From IMG/VR virus record IMGVR_UViG_3300037484_000042, positions 1 through 44,889 of that record: 44,889 bases of DNA, one strand, 5' to 3'. The position numbers and the translations under genes were made by a program. How positions within the stretch are numbered: the stretch's first letter is position 1; each line of letters begins with the position of its first letter. Source of the stretch: a virus (lineage: Duplodnaviria; Caudoviricetes). A model generated the notes under the pieces. The model had not been told where the DNA came from. It saw only the letters and a list, made by a program, of their open reading frames with translations, and made no database searches. Positions 18,024-28,253 of this stretch are shown here, piece by piece.

Positions 18024-21000
18024 TATTCATTCTCCTGTGGTACATTGGTATGTGAGAAAGCCTCAAGACTTTCCTTGTAGTAGGTTATGATACTATCAAT
18101 AGCCTGTCTTTCCTTGGCATCTAACTGCAGTTCATCAGACTTATTCTTTATGTATTGGAGCTGATACAAACTCTGTGCCCCATCCTGTGTAAAATTACTG
18201 TAGAACTTACTCATATTGTAAAGGAATGAATCCTTCCCAAGCTTAGGGTCTCGCTTAATCAGCTTACCCAACTCCTTTTCAATACCTACCCTATAGAATG
18301 GATCAGCTTTGCTAAGCACAGTACCAACATACTGCAAGGAAGCCTTTAACTTCTTATCATAGATCTGGTAAAGATCTGGGGTAAGATCCCCTGCATTCAA
18401 GAGAATGGCATCCTTAGACAGTCTCTCATAGATTGTCTTAGCATCGCTCTCCATACTCTTCTTATACCCACCAGTGGTAAGATCCATGATATCAAAGTAT
18501 GCTGTTCTCTCTTCGTTACCCAAACCAGTTAGTGCAAATAGGGCTGCTTCTCGCTGTGTTACCTTGTTAAAGTAAGTACCCTTAGCATTGGGAAGCAGTC
18601 CCGTATTACGTGCTACTTGCCACTGTAACTGTCGTGAGACTACAGGAAGTATTGAGAACGTATTCTTAATCTGAGAGGTCCAGAATGACTCATCATCCAT
18701 ATCATGTGTCTGATATAGTAGTGCCATAGTCCCAAACATGTCTTGAATAGCTGCGCCCGTACCTGCTGTCGGACCAAAGAAGATATCAAGACCTATTTGT
18801 TTCTCTCCACCAAAGATCGCTAGGGCTGTCTTAACAAGGTTATTCTGTTGCACATTGAACACCGAGAACTTACCTGCCCAATCGACCTTAATATCGTCAA
18901 GGCCAGCCTTGTCTAGCAGGGTAGAGATCATCTTGTCGAAGAGTCCTGACTGTGCAACCTCAATAGCCTCCTTAATCATTTGGGTCTGTTGATCCTTGTC
19001 CACCCCATTCTTAGCTACTAGCTTATCAAATGCACCCTTAAGCCCCAAACCAGCAGTACCCCACAACAGACTCTGTGTAAGTACTAGGCCAACCCTATCC
19101 GATGGGGAGAAGTATTTATTATTCCCAACAATGGAAAGCCATGCCTTATGCTGAAAGCTCATGAACTGTGTGGCTAGGGCTGTGAATTGATTATCTGCAT
19201 AGGCGAAGCTATGCTTCATACCCAATGAGATACCTCTAGCCTCTGCACCAATAGCATCTGTGAATGCACGGGAACCTGCAAGTAATTCAGGGCTTCTCTT
19301 GACAACCCTATCCCTTGCAATTAGCCAGTGACCAAGCATATTCATTTTCTCTGCAGGATTAAAACCTGCATTAGTGAACATCTTATTAACTCTCTTGAGA
19401 TTATTCACAATACCCATTGCTTTCTTCTCAAGAGATGAGTTGTATAAATCACTCAGATTTCCATATGAGACATTCTTTAAGAAGGCATGACTATCTACAT
19501 ACAGGATACCACTCTTTTCAATAGAGTCTAAGACAGCAACAAATTCTTTCTCAGAAGTACCAAAGTGCTTAGCTAACGTACCCATGCTAAGACCTGGGGT
19601 ATGCCGTAGTAAGCTCTTCTCTGGCATATTCTTCAGCAATAGTCCAAAGTGTGCAGCACTCATCTCCCTAGCCATAGAGGTTAGGAAGTACTTAGGTGCT
19701 ATCCCAGCCGTGAACAGGATCTGAGAGGTCTGAGTGATCCACTGTTTGATTGGTTCTGCTGCAATAAGCCGAAAGAAGTTTACACTCCTAGCAGTAGCTG
19801 GAAGGTTGATATCCTTAGCTGACAGAGCAGCTTCAGAGATCTTTGGAAATCCCCAATCGCTCATCTTCTCAGACAGAGCTACCATAGACCTACGTACTGC
19901 AGCACCAACCTTATCCTGTACAGCGTCCAGCCTATCAATAGTCCTATATGCAGCCTTAGCTTGTTTAAACTTGGTAGAGAGTGGGCCTTGGATAAAGCCC
20001 TCATGTAGTGGGAACTTACCATTAGGTGCAAATTCTCCGAATTGATTCTCCCAACCAGACTTCAGGAATGACATACCCTTATCATGCATTCCCAGCCTAG
20101 AGGTGGTAAGGATGCTGGTCTCCATTGCCTTCATAGGATGCTGGATATCAGAAGCAATCTTCTCAATCCCATGCTCATTCCCAAGGAGACTGTCAACAGA
20201 GCTTAAACCCTTACCACGATGCCGTAGATAGGTGCCACGTTCAGAGTTAAGGGAGTGTTGATAGAACTCTCTCTGCTCGTTTGTGAGCTTTCTATCGTGC
20301 TGCCAATCATATTTAACACCATCTTCATTGGCTTCACGTAGCTTGGCAACAGCCTTATCAGCATCACCTTTATTAGCTGCACTGTGGATTACCCTGGTCC
20401 TTCCTACCTTCTTCCCATTAACAACAGCATCTTCAAGAGTCTCTGTAATGAAATACATATCTGTATAATTCTTACGAAACCATCCTGGGATATAGCCCAA
20501 GACAGTTGAAGGCAGCTCTTTTGCCAATACGCCACTACCCTTTTCTAGCAGAACATAGTTAGTGCCCTGTGCCGCAGCTCTCTTACCCTCACCACGTACA
20601 ACCCTTTCAATCAGATCCTTTGTCTTAGCAACCCTATGACCCTTTGAATACAGTGTAGTAAGTTCATCCTTTGTTACATTTTTAAATACCTTATGGATGG
20701 GATCGTATACGGTTGTAATATCTTCTGTAGGTATGGTATCAAAGACCTTTCCAAAGTGAGAGAACTCAGTATCTGCATGAAAGATTTCTTTAGTATAGCC
20801 ATCTCTTATAATCCCACTACGGGTTCGTGAGTTATCCAAGATATGCATAACATCTGTGGTATCAAGCCAACTGTGGTATGCTTTCTGAGCTTCTTCAGTG
20901 CTTAATCCCAGACTATTCAGCTGAGAGGAAGACAACCTTCCCTTCTCCGTAGTGTCGGAGAGTGCTTGCACCAATGCATGCAAGTGTTTCTCATCTTTTT

Positions 21001-22840
21001 CTACAAACTTATTAACAGGTTTAAAGATATGAAACAACTTATTGCGTGCCAGATCACCCTTATCGAGCATTACATTAACTACATCCAATGCCCTACGGGA
21101 GAGAATAGTCTGATAGTCCAGGATATGATTAGTCATGCCACCAAGCTGAGTCACACGACCAAGCTCAAAGACCTCTGGCAACTCATCCCAATATGTGCTT
21201 CTCTTAATCTCAAAGAAGTATTCACCCTTAGTAATGGATGGGACTTCATCCAAATACTTTATAACTCCACCAGTTTCAGGAGAGGCTACAAGTACTTTAG
21301 CCGTATCGTTGGGAAAGTTTCTTTTAGAAATACCTACTGCCTCAGCCCAAGAAGAATAGCCCCTATCAGCATTGCCATAGATACCTTGGAATACAGCACC
21401 ATCGGCACCTACCTTATACACAGGATCACCAGCTACTGTATAGTTTGTATAAAGAGTTGCTTCCTTAATATCTGATAAACCATCTATCAGTCTTTCAAGC
21501 TGTTGATTCTTTACAGCAGGGGTAGTGAAAGCATAGGTAGAGTTTTGATTAGCAAAGAGTTCTTCTGCACTTTCAAACGCTTCTTTATTATTCTGTAAGG
21601 CTTGTATCGTCTTTGTATCTGAGGTGATCTTAGTTACAACAGTATCATCGGTAGCTGTTAAGAGGTGAGAGATATACGAAGATTCAGGGGTAACACCAAC
21701 CTTAGCTGCAACTTCAGGAGAGGTAATGGTCTGTGCTACCAGTGGTTCCGCTAGTTTAGGCGCAACTGGTTCTAGCTTGGCCAGTGTTCCAGATGTTCTA
21801 GCTGCATTAAACATACCACGTACACCATTCTTCAGTACCTTACCAACATAAGCTGCATCAACAATGCCGAAGATGTTCTCAAAGAGCCTACCCCACTTAA
21901 AGTCAGTAGGGTTTCTATCTCCGATAAAACCATTCAAAGCTCCCTCAATGAGGTTAATCTTCTCAATGGCATTACTACCAAAGAATCCCTCAGAGTTCTG
22001 CACAACCTCTAAGAATCTCTGGACTTCGGAGAGTTGCTTCTCAGGGGGAAGTGAGTCGAAGTGCGTTTGAAACTTAGCTCTATACTCGCCAGGAGCAAGT
22101 ACCTTAAGCACACCTGTGTTGGTATTAAAAAACTTATCTGCTATCTCCTTAGCAAAGATCCCATACTCTAAGGGAATTAGAACCTTTAGCACATCTCCAA
22201 ATACACTCAGGTTAGTTGTACCCATAGCGATTTGATTCTGAGCCTCTTCTACAGATAGGTTAATCTTACTATTATTATCTGCATAGGTATCAATATCAGT
22301 ACTCCACATGGCTGCTACTTCAGCATCACGTTGAGTCTTAGCCATAGCTACTTCATTAGTTGAATAAGTCTGAAGCATCTCCCGCTCAAGATTAACATTT
22401 GAATAAATCTGTTCTTCATGTGCAGCACTTAGAAGTTGTGTCAGTCTATTCTTCTCTTCAAGAGGAGTATCAACATCTACCAATTTAGAGGTGATAGATT
22501 GCTGCAATGCATCCTGCTTACTAGTACGAATAGTTTGTCTTAATGCGTCAACACTCGTAGAAGATCCAGAAGATACCAACTCATTTACAATGTTGTCATG
22601 TTGTGATGCAAGATTATCTCCACCAGTCAGCCCAACACTCGTAGAAGATCCAGAAGATACCAACTCATTTACAATGTTGTCATGTTGTGATGCAAAATTA
22701 TCTCCACCAGTCAGCCCAACAGTAGCCGTAGCTATCTCATTGGCTGAAGTGAAGTCCATACCTTTGATCTGTTCTTGAAGAAAGGTATCAGTAGCCGCCG
22801 ATGCAGTGGATAGCTGATCATCCAAAAAATTATCCGTCAT
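18023..22840 (-). CDS. large internal virion (ejection) protein
   Basis: 1605 aa; synteny after the nozzle, GNAT-like and small internal protein genes. Confidence 0.65.
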   Translation of the reverse strand: MTDNFLDDQLSTASAATDTFLQEQIKGMDFTSANEIATATVGLTGGDNFASQHDNIVNELVSSGSSTSVGLTGGDNLASQHDNIVNELVSSGSSTSVDALRQTIRTSKQDALQQSITSKLVDVDTPLEEKNRLTQLLSAAHEEQIYSNVNLEREMLQTYSTNEVAMAKTQRDAEVAAMWSTDIDTYADNNSKINLSVEEAQNQIAMGTTNLSVFGDVLKVLIPLEYGIFAKEIADKFFNTNTGVLKVLAPGEYRAKFQTHFDSLPPEKQLSEVQRFLEVVQNSEGFFGSNAIEKINLIEGALNGFIGDRNPTDFKWGRLFENIFGIVDAAYVGKVLKNGVRGMFNAARTSGTLAKLEPVAPKLAEPLVAQTITSPEVAAKVGVTPESSYISHLLTATDDTVVTKITSDTKTIQALQNNKEAFESAEELFANQNSTYAFTTPAVKNQQLERLIDGLSDIKEATLYTNYTVAGDPVYKVGADGAVFQGIYGNADRGYSSWAEAVGISKRNFPNDTAKVLVASPETGGVIKYLDEVPSITKGEYFFEIKRSTYWDELPEVFELGRVTQLGGMTNHILDYQTILSRRALDVVNVMLDKGDLARNKLFHIFKPVNKFVEKDEKHLHALVQALSDTTEKGRLSSSQLNSLGLSTEEAQKAYHSWLDTTDVMHILDNSRTRSGIIRDGYTKEIFHADTEFSHFGKVFDTIPTEDITTVYDPIHKVFKNVTKDELTTLYSKGHRVAKTKDLIERVVRGEGKRAAAQGTNYVLLEKGSGVLAKELPSTVLGYIPGWFRKNYTDMYFITETLEDAVVNGKKVGRTRVIHSAANKGDADKAVAKLREANEDGVKYDWQHDRKLTNEQREFYQHSLNSERGTYLRHRGKGLSSVDSLLGNEHGIEKIASDIQHPMKAMETSILTTSRLGMHDKGMSFLKSGWENQFGEFAPNGKFPLHEGFIQGPLSTKFKQAKAAYRTIDRLDAVQDKVGAAVRRSMVALSEKMSDWGFPKISEAALSAKDINLPATARSVNFFRLIAAEPIKQWITQTSQILFTAGIAPKYFLTSMAREMSAAHFGLLLKNMPEKSLLRHTPGLSMGTLAKHFGTSEKEFVAVLDSIEKSGILYVDSHAFLKNVSYGNLSDLYNSSLEKKAMGIVNNLKRVNKMFTNAGFNPAEKMNMLGHWLIARDRVVKRSPELLAGSRAFTDAIGAEARGISLGMKHSFAYADNQFTALATQFMSFQHKAWLSIVGNNKYFSPSDRVGLVLTQSLLWGTAGLGLKGAFDKLVAKNGVDKDQQTQMIKEAIEVAQSGLFDKMISTLLDKAGLDDIKVDWAGKFSVFNVQQNNLVKTALAIFGGEKQIGLDIFFGPTAGTGAAIQDMFGTMALLYQTHDMDDESFWTSQIKNTFSILPVVSRQLQWQVARNTGLLPNAKGTYFNKVTQREAALFALTGLGNEERTAYFDIMDLTTGGYKKSMESDAKTIYERLSKDAILLNAGDLTPDLYQIYDKKLKASLQYVGTVLSKADPFYRVGIEKELGKLIKRDPKLGKDSFLYNMSKFYSNFTQDGAQSLYQLQYIKNKSDELQLDAKERQAIDSIITYYKESLEAFSHTNVPQENE
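22549..22721. repeat. 84-bp in-frame tandem duplication (2 copies, 1 mismatch)
   Basis: Encodes VGLTGGDN(F/L)ASQHDNIVNELVSSGSSTS twice. Confidence 0.95.
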
Positions 22841-22842
22841 TA

Positions 22843-23541
22843 TTAGTATCCTGAATTACCTGTATAGAAGGAAACTGAGCCCATTAGATCACTAGAAGAT
22901 GGAGATGAGGAGGATGAGCTACCTGCTGGAACGTCTGGTGACTTACTAAATAGCTCACCAAAGCCACCACTCATGCTAAAAATCGTAGAGCCTAACCCAC
23001 CAACAGTTTTAGCCATGATTAGATCAGACATAATAGCCTCAACCTCTTGAATACGATACCCGCTAGCAGCTTGATTGAACCCAAAGATATCCTTGCCCAT
23101 ACTTTCAATAGCATCGATATAACCAATATTACCACCAACCTGCGATTGAGTAGATGAGATCTGACCCATAGCGGGGGAGAAAGAACTCATCTGTGTACCC
23201 TCAGCACCACCAACATTGATGGCTCTAACAAGATTAGATGCTCTCTGTTGTCTAGCCCCTCGTACCTGAGCCAACCTACCTCTAATATTCTGAGCTTCAC
23301 TCAGTCTCTGCTGTGCTGCCTGTACTTTCTGTTGCTCAAAGTACTGTGCCTGTGAAGCCTCAGAAGCCCTCTCTGCTGCACGGGGGGCATCATACAGTGT
23401 GGTACCTGCGGTGATTCCAAGACCTGCACCACCAGCAGTAGCAGCAAAGGTAGTGCCTAAGAATCCACCAGCGGGTCCAAATGCAGCAGCACCCGCCACG
23501 CCAAGAACTGCTCCAACAATACCACCTATTGCATCTCCCAT
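22843..23541 (-). CDS. small internal virion protein (Gly/Ala-rich N-terminus)
   Basis: Hydrophobic G/A-rich N-terminus plus Q/A coiled coil; synteny. Confidence 0.6.
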   Translation of the reverse strand: MGDAIGGIVGAVLGVAGAAAFGPAGGFLGTTFAATAGGAGLGITAGTTLYDAPRAAERASEASQAQYFEQQKVQAAQQRLSEAQNIRGRLAQVRGARQQRASNLVRAINVGGAEGTQMSSFSPAMGQISSTQSQVGGNIGYIDAIESMGKDIFGFNQAASGYRIQEVEAIMSDLIMAKTVGGLGSTIFSMSGGFGELFSKSPDVPAGSSSSSSPSSSDLMGSVSFYTGNSGY

Positions 23542-23837
23542 TTTAATAACTCCTCTACATTCCCATTAGCATAATAGATCTTAATTCCTGTTTCCTTAAA
23601 ACCAAATAGGTGTGCATACTTTGCATTCATACCTGGGGTATAAATCTCTTGTATTCCTAATGCAAAGAGAACAGAACGAATGACTTCCCAATCATGTAGT
23701 GCTTGCTTCAATAGGGTATGAGACCACTTATGTATGTAGTGGTGAATAAGGAAGAGATTTAATTCCTTATTATGCTCTAGCTTTAAGCTCCATGCATCAG
23801 TCTGATAGATTACCTTAGAATTAGGATTATCATACAT
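23526..23837 (-). CDS. GNAT-like virion assembly protein
   Basis: KYAHLFGFKETG; position equivalent to T7 gp13. Confidence 0.5.
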   Translation of the reverse strand: MYDNPNSKVIYQTDAWSLKLEHNKELNLFLIHHYIHKWSHTLLKQALHDWEVIRSVLFALGIQEIYTPGMNAKYAHLFGFKETGIKIYYANGNVEELLKWEMQ

Positions 23838-26124
23838 TGGTGCGTCCTATGAATGGTAGTGTCCAACCATATAGATGTAGATCTTTACCAGTCTCAGATG
23901 TGAATAGGATGGATAAGGAATGACCAGATCCTCGCAACTTACTCTTAGTGATTATTGTGTTATATCCATAATCGAAACTGGTTGATGTTCCAGTAGTGAT
24001 ATAATTTCTTCGTAATCTGTACGCTTGGAAGTATGGACCCCACTGCCCACTAGCTGTGCTATCACTAAAATTCCATCTGGCCTGTACAAGACAAGAGGAT
24101 GGATGTGTTGCTTCATTATCAACTGTGAATCCATCTTCTGTTCGTTTAAAATAGGTTATCAGATATGGAGTCTGCTTCTTCATAGCAGCTTCACCAGCTA
24201 ACTCATATCCAGTAATTAGGTAAGAGGTATAGTCCTGTCCAACAGAATCATACGAATACCAATCAAGGAAATTAGTATTCTTAAATTCAGAGATAACTCC
24301 GTGGATCGTACCATTATCCACTAGGGTTAAATACTTAGTCTTTACCCTATCACCAACAGAAATAAGTGTAGATATCGTAACCTGATCTGCCCCAATTACT
24401 ACAGGGTCTCCTTCGATAACAACATCTTGAACAGATACCTCGCTCTTATACAGCGTTGTTTCTACATACCCTGCAATCTGAGGATTAGTCACAGCGATGG
24501 TATTTGAGGAGAAGGCTTTCAGATATGAATCATAGATCAACTCTCGATTATATATGGGTCGATAGGAAGAACCATCATACTCGTCTGTATCATTGTATAA
24601 CCACCGTAACTCACGTGTAGATGGGTTAAAGGTAGATGTACAATAGATCTTAGCTGTGTTACTAATACTATTGTAGAGGGTTTGAATAGTTCCCTCTGAT
24701 AGGTTAGCCGCAGATAGCTGTAGGGATACCTGATCTGCTGCCAAGGCATAGATCCCACCCTCACCCCAATAAACAATATTACCCTCAGCACTGATGATAG
24801 ACGAATCAGAGATAGCACCGATGTTGGTTACTCGGCTAACCTGAAACTCCGTAGCTCTAAATCCAAACTCACCACCAGAGATAGTCCATACACCATTATC
24901 AGCAATAACAATGAGAGTGTTCTGTCTAGGTACCAGCTTCAGAATCCTACCAGCATTGGGTATATGAATGGTCCCACCATCTGTTGCTAATACATCTGAG
25001 ATATCTTCTGAAGTAGGATCAGCCTCTTGGTAACACTTTCCAAGATCATCTAAGTCTTGTATAATCTTAGAGAAGAAGATAAAGCCACTATAGCTAATCT
25101 TCTTATGATCGCCAGAAGTCACAGAGTTAGACTCAATGCCAGAATAGAAGGCACGCCCAGCAAAGAAGGCAGTAGTCTGAGGTCTCCCCTGTTCATAATC
25201 AGACCCACTAATAACTACCCCACTTTCACTGGCACGGGAGGCACTCCTATTAAATGCATCTAGGATAAAGTGTCCAGAAGCAGCTGGGGTATTGCCGAAG
25301 TCAAACTTCGCAAGAAGATCTGGTTCATAGTACCTGATGTAGGTACTTCCACCAGCAGTGGTATCCTTTCGAGCTGAACTAATCATATCAGCATTCGAAG
25401 GATAGTAGCCCATAGTGGTATACGTTTGGGCAATAGGGTCTCGAATTGCAGGGGCAGTTACAACTGTACCCGCCTCATTAATGTGACCAGCATAGGTGGT
25501 CGTAGGCCAGCCTTGATTATAAAGATTATACTTATGAGTAGTGGTTAAGGTTGTGGGACGATTACCAACATCTACAGTTTCCTTTAATCCGAAGAAATCT
25601 CTAATCTTTAAATCAATTTGATTGATCTGAAAGGTATCAGTATCCGCATCGTATGAAAGATAGAATGGTTCAATCTCCTTACTGGTGATTAGGAAGATAC
25701 CAGCACCATACGCCGTTTGAATACGAGCTTCACCAATAGTTGTGGAATATGTACTTTGTTGTGTGCTGAAATCCACAGACCCAATAAAGTTACTGGTGAT
25801 ATCAATCTTAGAAGAGTCAAAGATGTAGAGCGTATATCCAAACTGAATTACACTGAACGAGATATTAACATTATCAGCTACATTGCTCCAATGATGGGAT
25901 GAGATAGCATACTGTGCTGCACTGGCTTTAGTTACACCAGTATCAAGAAGCTGATAGTTATCCTCATAGTCGAGTCCTAAACGTCTCTGCCTAGAGCCAT
26001 CATGGTTTAAAACAAAGTTATCCTCACCTATGGAGGCATTCTCTGGAAAAGTTAATGGTCCTGCCTCTGTAATAATACCACGAACAAATGTATTATATGT
26101 TTTTAGACCGCTTGCTTGTGCCAT
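23830..26124 (-). CDS. tail tubular protein B (nozzle)
   Basis: TFVRGIITEA, DGSRQRRLG, YNLYNQGW, CYQEADPTSE...DGG motifs typical of PaP3/phiEco32-like tail proteins. Confidence 0.8.
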   Translation of the reverse strand: MAQASGLKTYNTFVRGIITEAGPLTFPENASIGEDNFVLNHDGSRQRRLGLDYEDNYQLLDTGVTKASAAQYAISSHHWSNVADNVNISFSVIQFGYTLYIFDSSKIDITSNFIGSVDFSTQQSTYSTTIGEARIQTAYGAGIFLITSKEIEPFYLSYDADTDTFQINQIDLKIRDFFGLKETVDVGNRPTTLTTTHKYNLYNQGWPTTTYAGHINEAGTVVTAPAIRDPIAQTYTTMGYYPSNADMISSARKDTTAGGSTYIRYYEPDLLAKFDFGNTPAASGHFILDAFNRSASRASESGVVISGSDYEQGRPQTTAFFAGRAFYSGIESNSVTSGDHKKISYSGFIFFSKIIQDLDDLGKCYQEADPTSEDISDVLATDGGTIHIPNAGRILKLVPRQNTLIVIADNGVWTISGGEFGFRATEFQVSRVTNIGAISDSSIISAEGNIVYWGEGGIYALAADQVSLQLSAANLSEGTIQTLYNSISNTAKIYCTSTFNPSTRELRWLYNDTDEYDGSSYRPIYNRELIYDSYLKAFSSNTIAVTNPQIAGYVETTLYKSEVSVQDVVIEGDPVVIGADQVTISTLISVGDRVKTKYLTLVDNGTIHGVISEFKNTNFLDWYSYDSVGQDYTSYLITGYELAGEAAMKKQTPYLITYFKRTEDGFTVDNEATHPSSCLVQARWNFSDSTASGQWGPYFQAYRLRRNYITTGTSTSFDYGYNTIITKSKLRGSGHSLSILFTSETGKDLHLYGWTLPFIGRTNV

Positions 26125-26353
26125 TCTTTTGCTTTTCCGTATTGTCAGGGATTGTAGTCTTCTTCAATAAGTGAAAGTAAAGCCATTCATCTGCTTTTTG
26201 GTATGAGGTAAAGCTACCCTTCAAGATATCAGGAACTTCCCCACCACCCTGTAACTTAATCTCATACATTCCACGGGAGGTACTATCAATGTATAAGCGT
26301 TTTAGTGCATCTGTAAACTTACTTACGTCCAAATCCTTGATACTTAATGCCAC
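26093..26353 (-). CDS. hypothetical protein
   Basis: GGGEVP..LKGSFTS; lies between the two tail genes. Confidence 0.6.
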   Translation of the reverse strand: MALSIKDLDVSKFTDALKRLYIDSTSRGMYEIKLQGGGEVPDILKGSFTSYQKADEWLYFHLLKKTTIPDNTEKQKNGTSKRSKNI

Positions 26354-27068
26354 GATTCTTTCTCCATTTCTCTTGTGATAAGAAGATACGCTGTCGTCTA
26401 CTCTTCTGTTCTTCTTTAGCAGAAGGAGCTTGTTTTAATTTCTCAAAGCATGAACTCTTGGATTCAGCAGTAAGATACGAGAATGCTTTAGACGGTAGAT
26501 CAGGGATAAAAGTATCAGTCTTTAAGAAAGGTGGTTCTAAGGATACAGAAGCCATTGTCTTACTCGACTGAATTGTGGTGTCTATGCCGCTATCATATGA
26601 ATCAAAGATGATATACTTATCGTCAAAGGAAGTCCAATAGGTAGGAGCACAGTCATTCTTAATAAAGAGTGGGGTGTTGTTAATATCCAAGATCGTAGAG
26701 ATTGAACTAGACGTTGAATCTCTCGCAAGAACTAGATTTAAAAATTCATTAGGTTCTTTATACGACACCAGCTCATACTGTGCCTTATCTGTTGCTACCT
26801 TCTTTTTATCATACTTGATCCAATCAATGATATCTATAGTATCATCCATCAACAAATGAGTAGGACGTATCAATGCCGAGAGGGAGGTCAACTGCCTAAT
26901 CGAATACGTTGTAGGCCATAACCGAGAGTCAATTATCTCATTATATGTATTATGGATAATAGATACAACCTGCTGAGCTTCAACCGTATCGTTAATAGAG
27001 TTGACCTCATCAGATTCCATATCGTTTAGGATATCTTGTACGATTTCAAGCAAGGTTAGACGAGGCAT
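26319..27068 (-). CDS. tail tubular protein A (adaptor)
   Basis: TLLEIVQDIL..M.SDEVNSI.DT.EA.QV, PTYWTSFDD, FIPDLP. Confidence 0.8.
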   Translation of the reverse strand: MPRLTLLEIVQDILNDMESDEVNSINDTVEAQQVVSIIHNTYNEIIDSRLWPTTYSIRQLTSLSALIRPTHLLMDDTIDIIDWIKYDKKKVATDKAQYELVSYKEPNEFLNLVLARDSTSSSISTILDINNTPLFIKNDCAPTYWTSFDDKYIIFDSYDSGIDTTIQSSKTMASVSLEPPFLKTDTFIPDLPSKAFSYLTAESKSSCFEKLKQAPSAKEEQKSRRQRIFLSQEKWRKNRGIKYQGFGRK

Positions 27069-27658
27069 TAGGAGACCTTAGTGATAATAAAGTTAATATG
27101 ATTGAATACAACCTGATCACTCCCACTATTTCTACGAACCATAAGGTAGATACGATCTCCTTGAGCTAGGGTGGGCTGACACATCATTGCAACAGACCCT
27201 TTATCTGCAGAGGTAATGGTTCTATATACCGTTACCACAGAACTCTTCTCCACAATACTTGGATAGGAGGGAGCTACTTCCATGCCAATAGTGAACTGAA
27301 ACTCATTGACTGCAACGATTGCACCTGATAGGGAGATTGCTGCACCAATCATGTAGGTAGCAGAGATATCTGCTTCATAGAAACCAGACGTAGTGTTCGG
27401 CGTGATATTAGAGTTTGTCTGTGTGGTCCACGCAATAGCCCCACCAAGCGTTGCAACATTGATTGGTCTCCAAGTACCATCTACACCAGTGGTAGTCGTA
27501 GAGGTAGCATACATGCAACCATAGGCAGGACTGTGATCTACCCACTCAATATCGGTGCCACCAGCATTCTTCCTAATGAACTGTAGGGGGGATGCTGTAG
27601 AGAAACCTCTAGGTACGTGGATGTTTGGGTCAACACTATTTTTATGTTCTATACTCAT
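27068..27658 (-). CDS. virion structural protein (head fibre/decoration-like)
   Basis: IHVPRG N-terminus with a beta-rich C-terminal domain. Confidence 0.5.
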   Translation of the reverse strand: MSIEHKNSVDPNIHVPRGFSTASPLQFIRKNAGGTDIEWVDHSPAYGCMYATSTTTTGVDGTWRPINVATLGGAIAWTTQTNSNITPNTTSGFYEADISATYMIGAAISLSGAIVAVNEFQFTIGMEVAPSYPSIVEKSSVVTVYRTITSADKGSVAMMCQPTLAQGDRIYLMVRRNSGSDQVVFNHINFIITKVS

Positions 27659-27679
27659 CTATTAAACCTTATTGAGTAA

Positions 27680-27710
27680 GAGGGAGGGGCAGGTTAATAC
27701 CCGCTCCCTC
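27680..27710 (-). terminator. GC-rich hairpin after the capsid/decoration genes
   Basis: Minus-strand stem GAGGGAG...CTCCCTC; weak U-tract. Confidence 0.5.
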
Positions 27711-27722
27711 CACTCAGTTTAA

Positions 27723-28238
27723 TTATACGTTACCAACGGGCATTACATACGTTACTACCAACTCACCTTCACCAGCAGAGAATACCTCAGTTGCATAAAT
27801 AGCTGCAATGTAGTATTCGTCAGCAGTGGTGGGCAGGAGAGGACCAGCAACATGCGCGCCGTCACATGCCAGGACAGAATCAGCTTTCTGCAGTGCAGTG
27901 AGAGCTACGGTTGCATCAATACCCGCAGCATCCAGGGTTGCGATACTACCAGCATTGTTATAGTAAGTACCAATCGTCAGAGTAGCAAGTCCAGTAGACG
28001 TTGCATCCTCAGTGATATAGAACTTAGCACTCTCTACTGCGGCACCAGCAGGCAGGGTAGCTTGTGGAATAAAACAGTTATCAGCGGTGATAGAAGCCGG
28101 GAGATCCTTCAGTACCAACTTCTTACGAATCTCATAGCGAGTGCCCTCAACCTTTGCAGCACCAGCACCAGCATCAAGCACTACAGTACCATAGTGAGCC
28201 ATAGTACCCAAGCCATTAGTATTATATTCAAATCCCAT
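27723..28238 (-). CDS. capsid decoration/cement protein
   Basis: Immediately after the MCP; LPAGA...GELVVTY; GGAGG SD. Confidence 0.65.
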   Translation of the reverse strand: MGFEYNTNGLGTMAHYGTVVLDAGAGAAKVEGTRYEIRKKLVLKDLPASITADNCFIPQATLPAGAAVESAKFYITEDATSTGLATLTIGTYYNNAGSIATLDAAGIDATVALTALQKADSVLACDGAHVAGPLLPTTADEYYIAAIYATEVFSAGEGELVVTYVMPVGNV

Positions 28239-28253
28239 AATTAATTCCTCCTA

